DNA of 64,000 nucleotides from a virus: IMG/VR virus record IMGVR_UViG_3300008111_000019, positions 32,001 to 96,000 of that record; one strand, 5' to 3'. Shown piece by piece: positions 57,351 to 64,000 of this stretch (position 1 is its first letter; each line of letters starts with the position of its first letter). The notes under the pieces were generated by a model. It saw only the letters and a program-made list of their open reading frames with translations, ran no database searches and was not told where the DNA came from. The position numbers and the translations under genes were made by a program.

Positions 57351-57365
57351 CCAAGAACCGGCTTT
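57335..57365 (-). terminator. Rho-independent terminator
   Basis: AAAGCCGGT-(9-nt loop)-ACCGGCTTT running into a T7 tract, just after the stop of 57384..58382. Confidence 0.8.
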
Positions 57366-57383
57366 ATTTTTACCAAAACTAAA

Positions 57384-58382
57384 TTATTTTTGATCTTCGC
57401 TTAACACATCATACATTTCAAAACGTCCACCGTTTCTTTCATAGATCATAGCAGCAAAAATTTCTGCCTTTTGGCTTTCTTGAACTTTAGTAACAGAAAC
57501 TCGATTGGCCCATGTCCATAGTGCTTTGTCTAATGGATCAATTGCTTGTTGTCCGCCACTTTCGTTGACTAGTTTTAACATTTCTTTTAGACTAAGTTTT
57601 GTCTCAACGCTTTCTGCTACAACTGCTTTATCTTTTTTAACAGATTCGTTCTTCTTACCAAAGAATTTTTCTTGCTTGGCCGACATACCTTTCTTGCCAT
57701 CTTTCTTAGCACCGCCTTTATCAGCAACTGCTTTTTTCATTGGCTCTTTCTTGTCGCCGTCTTTGTCCATATCTAAGAAATCTGGCTTTGCTGCTTCGTC
57801 CATCTTCTTGTCTTTCTTAGACATTTTATCTTTCTTGGCTTCTACCATCTTGGTAAACTTTTCTTTGAATGCAGTTTTGTCAATGCTTTCGTCTTTCTTT
57901 TTCTCTTTGTCAGACTCTTTATCTGCTTTCTGGCTTTGCCAACCTTGTACTTTAGTAGCCTTTACTTTTGCGCCACTTGGAAGTTCTACTTCTCTTTCTG
58001 ATTTCTTTGCAGAAGCACGATCGTTTGCTTCGGCAACTTCTAACGATTCATCTTTCTTTTTCTTCTCTGGAAGACCTTTGTGCTTTGTAGATGCAAAATC
58101 TTTAGCATCCTTCTTGCCCATGTCCTTAGCGACTTTAGCAACATCTTTACTTGCCGGCTTTTCGCCTTTTTGTGTAGCGTGAACCATGCCCATGAATTTT
58201 TGTTGTGCCTTGCTCACTGCTTTTTCAGCAATAATGCTTTCAGTTAGCGCAGTAACTCCTGCTAACACACGTAATTCTGTATCTTCGTCTAAACGAATTG
58301 GAGCAGCCTTTTCGGGTGCTTTTGGAGTATCGATAGGTCCGTCGATACTTTCAATTTTGCTGATCAGTGATTTAAAATCCAT
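57384..58382 (-). CDS. Lys/Glu-rich modular protein, probable internal head/scaffold-type protein
   Basis: Modules 'EKAVSKAQQKFMGMVHA...DFASTKHKGLPEK' and 'PDFLDMDKDGDKKEPMKKA' separated by xxE sites; GATAAATA upstream. Confidence 0.55.
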   Translation of the reverse strand: MDFKSLISKIESIDGPIDTPKAPEKAAPIRLDEDTELRVLAGVTALTESIIAEKAVSKAQQKFMGMVHATQKGEKPASKDVAKVAKDMGKKDAKDFASTKHKGLPEKKKKDESLEVAEANDRASAKKSEREVELPSGAKVKATKVQGWQSQKADKESDKEKKKDESIDKTAFKEKFTKMVEAKKDKMSKKDKKMDEAAKPDFLDMDKDGDKKEPMKKAVADKGGAKKDGKKGMSAKQEKFFGKKNESVKKDKAVVAESVETKLSLKEMLKLVNESGGQQAIDPLDKALWTWANRVSVTKVQESQKAEIFAAMIYERNGGRFEMYDVLSEDQK

Positions 58383-58407
58383 TTTAAGGTTTCCTTGAAT
58401 CGTATTG

Positions 58408-58415
58408 TATTTATC
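58408..58415 (-). promoter_or_regulatory. T4-like late promoter core (GATAAATA)
   Basis: Upstream of the AAGGA SD of 58382. Confidence 0.55.
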
Positions 58416-58656
58416 TTTTTATTGTAGGGCCACCAAAAAGGCTAGTACCCTTCATATCTAATGCATTATCTGTAGGTTTTTGTTTTTTAGGCTTAGGTTG
58501 CGGGGGTGCTTTAGTACCGCTTTTTCCTGGGCTACCTATATATGACTTTTTACCTCTAGCAGCCCCTGGGCTGATATGAGGAGCATCTACAGTAGAGATA
58601 TCACCTGCTGAAGTAGAGCCTGCTGTAGCGGTTTCTAATAATTCTTTGATTTTCAT
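58411..58656 (-). CDS. Small protein with capsid-targeting-like N-terminus
   Basis: 'MKIKELLE|TATAGSTSAG'; AATAAATA (58663-58670) lies 6 nt before the ATG. Confidence 0.6.
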   Translation of the reverse strand: MKIKELLETATAGSTSAGDISTVDAPHISPGAARGKKSYIGSPGKSGTKAPPQPKPKKQKPTDNALDMKGTSLFGGPTIKR

Positions 58657-58661
58657 ATATG

Positions 58662-59192
58662 TTATTTATTTCGTCCGCTTTTCATATTAGCACACCAGTG
58701 ATACATTTTAGCCTTTTCACCTGATGCATTTTTAGCCTTGCTACGAAGATCTGCAACAGATCCAGAACAACTAGCACCTGCATTTTTTACTCGACCCGGA
58801 CGGCTTTTACCTTTAACTTTACCGTCAGCAAAGTTTTCCCCTACATTATAAGTCTTATCTGTTTTTTGTCCTTTTTTCTTTTCATGAGATTTAGGATCTA
58901 TATCAGTAGTATCTAGTCCGGTTTTCTTTAAGTTTTTAATATATTCGTGTTCCTCATCTTCGCTGCCAAAAGATAAAATGGCGCTAGGTGGTCCCTTGCC
59001 GAAATCGTGTTTTCCAAGACCCTTTAAGTCGCTAATGTGCTGTCCTAGTTTATACCAATCGTAGACATCACTAACATCAACTTTTACAGTGCCTTTTGGC
59101 ATAGTAGGTTTGGTTTCGGGACCCCGAGGTTTTTCGTTTGGATGTTGATCCTCTGATTGTTTTCTTTCTACAATAAATTCACGTGCTCTCAT
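58662..59192 (-). CDS. Modular protein with capsid-targeting-like N-terminus
   Basis: 'MRAREFIVE|'; second module after 'VGE|NFADGK...HWCANMKSG'. Confidence 0.6.
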   Translation of the reverse strand: MRAREFIVERKQSEDQHPNEKPRGPETKPTMPKGTVKVDVSDVYDWYKLGQHISDLKGLGKHDFGKGPPSAILSFGSEDEEHEYIKNLKKTGLDTTDIDPKSHEKKKGQKTDKTYNVGENFADGKVKGKSRPGRVKNAGASCSGSVADLRSKAKNASGEKAKMYHWCANMKSGRNK

Positions 59193-59983
59193 TTCATTGC
59201 CACCTGGAATGCTTGATGTTTTTCTTTACGTTGATCTAGATGTTTAAGTCCCGGATTGATGGGTTTAGTTACATCCTTAACATCTTTGAAATCCGAAACT
59301 TTAGGCTGCACACGATTCTGCCAATACCACACTGCAACTTTAGCGGCCACGTCTGGACGTTCAACTAATTCTGGTTTATTGACCAAATCTAATCCTAATG
59401 CTTGTCCTGCACGTTTATAATTGTATTTGCCTGTGAGTTGTATATATCCACGACCCTTAAATTTTGCTCCATCGCCGGGTTTGGTATTTCCTAATATCTT
59501 TGCTTTACGTGGTGCAAATTTAATATCGTATTTTTTAAAATCTAATGAACCACCAATTTCTTTCATATGCTTAAAGTCCAAAGTCTCGTGTGCGGCCTGT
59601 GCTAAAAATGCAGCCAGTTCTTGTCCTTTGATACCTGCTTTCTCTGCTTCTTTTTTTAGAATAACTTCATGTGGATTGCCTGTTACTGTTTTTGATAAAT
59701 CTTTTTTACTTACTTGTTTTACAATATCAGGCTTGTTTGACTTTGATGCTTCGGCATCGCCTGGGGCACCAAATGCTAACGCTGTGCCTAATGCACCAGC
59801 AGCAGCCCAGTCTTTCCATCCTTCCTGTTCAACACTTTCACCACCACCTCCGCCGTCGCCCCCACCGTCGCCACTATAGCCTACAGCATAACCGTATCCA
59901 CCGTACGGTCCAGGACCATAGGCAGCCCAACGTGGTTTCTTACGTTTACGTTTTTTTTCAGTGACGAACTCGTGTGCTCTCAT
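59189..59983 (-). CDS. GH19 (chitinase/lysozyme-like) hydrolase with capsid-targeting-like N-terminus
   Basis: 'AAFLAQAAHET', 'GDGAKFKGRGYIQLTGKYNY', 'AVWYW', 'INPG...R'; N-terminal 'MRAHEFVTE|'. Confidence 0.85.
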   Translation of the reverse strand: MRAHEFVTEKKRKRKKPRWAAYGPGPYGGYGYAVGYSGDGGGDGGGGGESVEQEGWKDWAAAGALGTALAFGAPGDAEASKSNKPDIVKQVSKKDLSKTVTGNPHEVILKKEAEKAGIKGQELAAFLAQAAHETLDFKHMKEIGGSLDFKKYDIKFAPRKAKILGNTKPGDGAKFKGRGYIQLTGKYNYKRAGQALGLDLVNKPELVERPDVAAKVAVWYWQNRVQPKVSDFKDVKDVTKPINPGLKHLDQRKEKHQAFQVAMK

Positions 59984-60060
59984 ACAGGGCTATATGGATT
60001 ACAAGGACGATCCCATTCGCCTTCTTGTTCTGGGTACACAGGATAATCGTTCGGGTTCAT
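59980..60060 (-). CDS. 26-aa micropeptide (not in the ORF track)
   Basis: [30 protein letters not shown] overlaps at both ends. Confidence 0.6.
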   Translation of the reverse strand: MNPNDYPVYPEQEGEWDRPCNPYSPV

Positions 60061-60383
60061 ACTGAAAAACTGCTGCCGCAGCCGCATGTAGTTTGTGCAT
60101 TGGGATTTTTGATGCTAAAGTTAGATCCATGTAGATCTTCTTGATAGTCAATTACGGCACCATCCATGTACTGCATACTCATCGAATCTATTACCACGGT
60201 CCATTTATCGTCTAGTGGAATTTCCCAATCATCCTCGTTTCTCTCTTCGTCAAAAGTAAAACCGTACTGGAAACCAGAACATCCGCCACCTTGTACAAAT
60301 GTTCTTAGTTTTAAATTAGGATTATTTTCCTCTAGCAAAAGATCAATGACTTTAGATCTAGCGGAGTCTGTTATCTCAACCAT
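60057..60383 (-). CDS. erpA: A-type Fe-S cluster carrier (ErpA/IscA/HesB)
   Basis: '[20 protein letters not shown]', '[16 protein letters not shown]', '[16 protein letters not shown]'. Confidence 0.9.
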   Translation of the reverse strand: MVEITDSARSKVIDLLLEENNPNLKLRTFVQGGGCSGFQYGFTFDEERNEDDWEIPLDDKWTVVIDSMSMQYMDGAVIDYQEDLHGSNFSIKNPNAQTTCGCGSSFSV

Positions 60384-60607
60384 TTTTCATCCCCTACAGG
60401 TCGTTCGCCTGTCATATAAGGTAAACTAAACCATAACTGAAACCATTCAGGTGTACCTGGTTTAATTTTATGCTTTTTTTCTAACTGTTGTTTTTCGTTG
60501 CCGGTAATACTAACATTACTGCCGTCAAGTGAATTAACAAGGTCGTATTTCACGTACCCCTTGAATTCGTTTATACCAGCAAGACGTTTTAATTCTGATA
60601 GTTCCAT
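60371..60607 (-). CDS. Hypothetical protein, probable head-associated
   Basis: '[14 protein letters not shown]', '[17 protein letters not shown]'. Confidence 0.6.
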   Translation of the reverse strand: MELSELKRLAGINEFKGYVKYDLVNSLDGSNVSITGNEKQQLEKKHKIKPGTPEWFQLWFSLPYMTGERPVGDEKWLR

Positions 60608-62133
60608 TATTCTGTAGGAGACTCACCGGTAATAGATACAGTCCACTTCTTACCAGTAGCCTGAGATTTTGCCTGAGCCCAATTTTGCAGTTGACGATAA
60701 TGTTGTATTTCTTTATAGTCATCCGCAAACTGTCCGCGACCCTTAAACACTTTCCACTTCTTACCGTTGATATAAATGGCAAAGTTATTTGGTGGTTCTG
60801 TATTACCTTCGTCCCAATCTTCCGGATCTCTTACTCTTTCAGACATACGTTGTCCTAACACTTGTCGAACCAATAATTCAGGAGCAAAGTCCATGTCGCC
60901 TGCTAGTTCTCTTGCCGCTGATAATATTGCTTGTTTAGTTGGCGCCAATCTTTTTTCTTCTACATCACGACGCAGTTTCATTATGAGAGATTGAGCATCA
61001 TACCCTAAGTCTCTTACACCCTCGGGCATACTTTTGTTCTGTTTTTGTAAATCAGCATAGGCACTTACAAAGTCGCTTGGAAAATCTTCATCGTAGTTAA
61101 GTTTGCCATAAGCAGCCTTTTTACCTAAGTCTCTAACCATCAACGGGTAGGCAGCGTCTAACACTTCTTCTGCTCGACCACTGGCATCAAGGTTGGGATT
61201 CATGTCAAACACTTCTTGGGCCAACTGTTCATAATAATAACCGCCCGAACCTTCCATAGGTACAAGATCTTTTTTGTGTTTAACATCGCCTTGCTTTTCG
61301 GCACGTTTCATATCTTTGTGTGCGCCAGCACCTGCGGTTTTTTGATTTTTCGCTACAAAGTTTCTGGGTTTGCTTGCTGGTATAAATTCTTTTGCTTTCA
61401 TATCGGTGCTCTCTGTTTTGTGCATTAATCTGTAGGTTTTGATAAATTCTTGTTCTCTTTTAGTTAGTACTCTTCCTAATTTTAATTTACCTACGATAAA
61501 TTTGTAATATGCTTCCTCATCAGCCAGTTCGTTAATTTCTAAACTTTCGGAAATGCCCATGCCTTTACGAACAGCATCAAACATTGGTTGAGCCATTTCT
61601 CCAGCACCAGTAGCCTTTTTAAATGATTCAAGATCATTGTTTGCTGCTGCGAGTCTAGCACCAGAAGCACTTACACCTGCAACACCTTCCGCACCATCTT
61701 CGCGTTCGCCACTGCTTACAAAATCTAAAATATCAAATTTATAAAATCCGTGTGCTTTGCCTTCTACTCCGTTATACTGAGTTAGTAATTTTTTAAATTG
61801 CTCTAATCTATCACTGCCTGCAACAAAAGTAGCATCTCTATATCCTTGGTCATAAAGATAACTGGCTGCCTTGACTACTGTGTTAATACTGCTGTCTTCT
61901 ATAACATGACTAGCATATTCTTTATGTATGGATTTTATAAATTTAATTTTTGTTCCATAGTCTAAGGGATTTTCTTTTTTATCCTGACTTTGACTTACAA
62001 AAATAAAATAATCTCCACCTTGCCCGGCCATAGTTTCAAAAACTTTGGCATGACCTATCGTAGGAGGATTCATTCTGCCGAAGCAGAATGTTGCATGTTT
62101 ACCTTCGGCTTCGAATAACTCTCTTAACAACAT
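60607..62133 (-). CDS. HIGH-superfamily nucleotidyltransferase (cytidylyltransferase-like) fused to several C-terminal modules
   Basis: 'FGRMNPPTIGH', 'NPL', 'VAGSDR', 'SASGAR'; N-terminal 'MLLRELFE|'. Confidence 0.75.
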   Translation of the reverse strand: MLLRELFEAEGKHATFCFGRMNPPTIGHAKVFETMAGQGGDYFIFVSQSQDKKENPLDYGTKIKFIKSIHKEYASHVIEDSSINTVVKAASYLYDQGYRDATFVAGSDRLEQFKKLLTQYNGVEGKAHGFYKFDILDFVSSGEREDGAEGVAGVSASGARLAAANNDLESFKKATGAGEMAQPMFDAVRKGMGISESLEINELADEEAYYKFIVGKLKLGRVLTKREQEFIKTYRLMHKTESTDMKAKEFIPASKPRNFVAKNQKTAGAGAHKDMKRAEKQGDVKHKKDLVPMEGSGGYYYEQLAQEVFDMNPNLDASGRAEEVLDAAYPLMVRDLGKKAAYGKLNYDEDFPSDFVSAYADLQKQNKSMPEGVRDLGYDAQSLIMKLRRDVEEKRLAPTKQAILSAARELAGDMDFAPELLVRQVLGQRMSERVRDPEDWDEGNTEPPNNFAIYINGKKWKVFKGRGQFADDYKEIQHYRQLQNWAQAKSQATGKKWTVSITGESPTE

Positions 62134-62468
62134 TAATTGTAATCGCCTTTTTCTAAAAATTTTTCTTGTTCGTTAGCGATATATCTAGCCAATTCTATGA
62201 TTTTTTCTTTAGGAAATTTCAATTCAGGTTTTTCAATTTCAAACTTTTCACAATAGGCCTCTTTACATCTCATTAAAGGATGCACATATAATTTATATGC
62301 GTTAGGATTACCTTTGTGATCTTTGTGTTTTTTCACTGCCGGAAAGAAAAACTGATTCAGCATTTGATCATCGTTGTCCATGAAGAATTTAAGATCCTCA
62401 AGCCAATTAACATCTTGCTCTTCGTCTTTAGGTGCCCCTATAGGGCTAAACATTTCTAATAATTTCAT
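62133..62468 (-). CDS. Hypothetical protein
   Basis: True start likely ATG 62468 (MKLLEMFS), right after the stop at 62470; the longer 62597 call overlaps another gene. Confidence 0.6.
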   Translation of the reverse strand: MKLLEMFSPIGAPKDEEQDVNWLEDLKFFMDNDDQMLNQFFFPAVKKHKDHKGNPNAYKLYVHPLMRCKEAYCEKFEIEKPELKFPKEKIIELARYIANEQEKFLEKGDYN

Positions 62469-62469
62469 A

Positions 62470-63219
62470 TTACCAAGACCTACATGACCAATAACGTGCT
62501 TTCCAGCGTGGACCTGGATTTTTGCAGTTGTGACGTGCTCTGAATGATTTACGTCTCTTTGGATTAGATTTCTTAATACGCATTTTCTTATCGCCAAAGT
62601 TTACTTTGACAATGTTACCGTTAGGCTTGCGTACATATACTTTTGATTTTTTTACATCACCGGCCATCTTTTTACCTAATGGTACTTCACGGCCTTGATA
62701 TTTGGCTTCGTCGGTTTGGTCTTCTTCCAAATCTTCGCCCATCTTAACACAGTTGTCTACGGTCTTGCCGCCTTTCTGTTTGGTGCCCATACGCTTGTAG
62801 CCTTTCCAACAGGCTTTGCCATCGACACCTTTTTGTTTTTCTTCATCTAATTGTGCATCTTCAAATGATAAACCTTCGTTGGTAATGTAATTTAAAGAAT
62901 AGTCATCTAGTTCTACTACAATACCGTCTTCTACGATATCAACAATCTCGGTTTCAATTTCAAAATCTTCAGAAAAACTGATACCAAAGTCGTCTCCAAT
63001 CTGGTAGACATCTTCGTTTTCTGTGAATCCCTTAGATTCGGCTTCTTTTTCTAGATCTGCTCTACGCTGATCGATGGCTGCTGAAATTTCAGGATCCTTT
63101 GAAGCCACGGGATCTGATTCTAAATCATCTAGTGCTTTGCGCTTGGCTGCTAGATCTGAAGGATCTTTAAGTGCTGTTTCGCTGACTAGTGCGTCTAATT
63201 TAGATAATAGGTCTCTCAT
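62470..63219 (-). CDS. Modular acidic/basic protein, probable internal head protein
   Basis: Modules 'CWKGYKRMGTKQKGGKTVDNCV' and 'E|AKYQGREV...RRKSFRARHNC..PGPRWKARYWSCRSW' separated by acidic xxE linkers. Confidence 0.6.
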   Translation of the reverse strand: MRDLLSKLDALVSETALKDPSDLAAKRKALDDLESDPVASKDPEISAAIDQRRADLEKEAESKGFTENEDVYQIGDDFGISFSEDFEIETEIVDIVEDGIVVELDDYSLNYITNEGLSFEDAQLDEEKQKGVDGKACWKGYKRMGTKQKGGKTVDNCVKMGEDLEEDQTDEAKYQGREVPLGKKMAGDVKKSKVYVRKPNGNIVKVNFGDKKMRIKKSNPKRRKSFRARHNCKNPGPRWKARYWSCRSW

Positions 63220-63243
63220 AGTATTCCTCGTGGGGCAATACTG

Positions 63244-63251
63244 TATTTATC
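63244..63251 (-). promoter_or_regulatory. T4-like late promoter core (GATAAATA)
   Basis: Intergenic, upstream of the GAGG SD of 63219. Confidence 0.55.
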
Positions 63252-63263
63252 GTGACTACTATC

Positions 63264-63632
63264 TTAGTAATTAAAGCGAAGGTCTACTATAGTACCGTTC
63301 TGTAGATTGTATGCAGCACGAATCCATACGAAATTGCCTACAAAATTTCGTGAAATTGAATAATTTTGACCATCTATTCCGCCAACACCGGAACTATCGT
63401 CACCTATCTCTGTATTAGCAATATCAACCCAGTCGTTATCTCCAGGATAGAGATTAAGGGTTCCTTGCAATTTAACAGTACCTGAAAAACTGTTAACAGT
63501 GTAGATAGTAGTATGGACAGCATCGCCGCTTTGATGATATCCTGAGGCTTTTTTCTTAGATCCGTAGGAAAGATTAGCGTTGCCTGCTTCAGCAGTTACA
63601 TTTGACAATAAAATTGTGTTTTCAGTGGGCAT
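63264..63632 (-). CDS. Small beta-rich protein, probably virion-associated
   Basis: 'F.GTVKLQGTL...P.DNDWVDI...NFVGNFVWIRA'; GATAAATA (63637-63644) lies 4 nt before the ATG. Confidence 0.55.
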   Translation of the reverse strand: MPTENTILLSNVTAEAGNANLSYGSKKKASGYHQSGDAVHTTIYTVNSFSGTVKLQGTLNLYPGDNDWVDIANTEIGDDSSGVGGIDGQNYSISRNFVGNFVWIRAAYNLQNGTIVDLRFNY

Positions 63633-63635
63633 CTC

Positions 63636-64000
63636 TTATTTATCGGATAATACGTATTCGTAAACCTTGCCCAGGACTTCAGGACTGCGCATATGTAAAA
63701 ACAACAAAGTTCGTTGGTCTTCAACAAGTATATATCTTCGATCCCAGTTCCAATCAGTGCGCACAAACCAATCTTTGACTGCCTCACTGATTAAAACATT
63801 TTTTTGTGTTTCTAACCAGTCTATGTAATGCTGTTTCCCTAATCTATCATTTTTCATCTTATGTGGTTTTAGATAGATTTTATATCTATAGAGATCATGA
63901 GGAAGTTTTTTACAAACTATATAATTTTGATTTTCATAATCCGCTGATCTAGACGGGTCAGGCTCGCTGCACAACAAAAGTATGTGTTTAAATTTTTCAC
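63636..64000 (-). CDS. Hypothetical protein, 5'-truncated by the window edge
   Basis: The frame stays open to the end of the window. Confidence 0.55.
   Translation of the reverse strand, partial: EKFKHILLLCSEPDPSRSADYENQNYIVCKKLPHDLYRYKIYLKPHKMKNDRLGKQHYIDWLETQKNVLISEAVKDWFVRTDWNWDRRYILVEDQRTLLFLHMRSPEVLGKVYEYVLSDK

Noticed and set aside
39856..63274. + strand ORFs in the - strand block (e.g. 57505..58182, 59421..59879, 47097..47459)
   Set aside because: Lie opposite well-supported genes; low-complexity antisense translations.
1..64000. Stop-codon reassignment, introns/inteins, tRNAs
   Set aside because: Genes are long and tightly packed under the standard code; the polymerase is normal length with contiguous motifs; intergenic gaps are mostly too short and show no cloverleaf.

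Overview
64-kb segment of a large, AT-rich, T4-like (myovirus-type) dsDNA phage genome read in the standard genetic code. Two gene blocks converge at about 37.05 kb. The + strand (1-37064) is a late/structural block: a baseplate wedge gene truncated by the window edge, a 4569-aa giant virion protein, four paralogous tail-fibre genes, and then a tightly coupled 10-gene operon of four glycosyltransferase-like and four radical-SAM (twitch/SPASM) genes behind a TATAAATA late promoter. The - strand (37048-64000) carries replication genes (family B DNA polymerase, probable sliding clamp, RNase H/5'-3' exonuclease, DsbA/GapR-like protein). It also carries a 7-deazaguanine DNA-modification set (FolE, QueE, a QueD-like T-fold protein with LxxxHRHxF, a DpdA/TGT-like transglycosylase) with an embedded GT-B glycosyltransferase, nucleotide salvage/repair genes (HIT, phosphoribosyltransferase, MBD4-like glycosylase) and Fe-S helpers (ErpA/IscA, CDGSH). 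It ends in a cluster of small modular proteins whose N-termini resemble the T4 capsid-targeting sequence, including a GH19 hydrolase and a HIGH-family nucleotidyltransferase. Best candidates for undescribed systems: (1) the late GT + radical-SAM operon (possible virion/tail-fibre decoration with radical-modified glycans), (2) a possibly glycosylated or otherwise non-canonical 7-deazaguanine DNA modification, (3) protease-processed, capsid-packaged cargo polyproteins. All calls come from reading motifs by eye; no searches were run. No tRNA, rRNA, CRISPR array, intron or intein was recognised.
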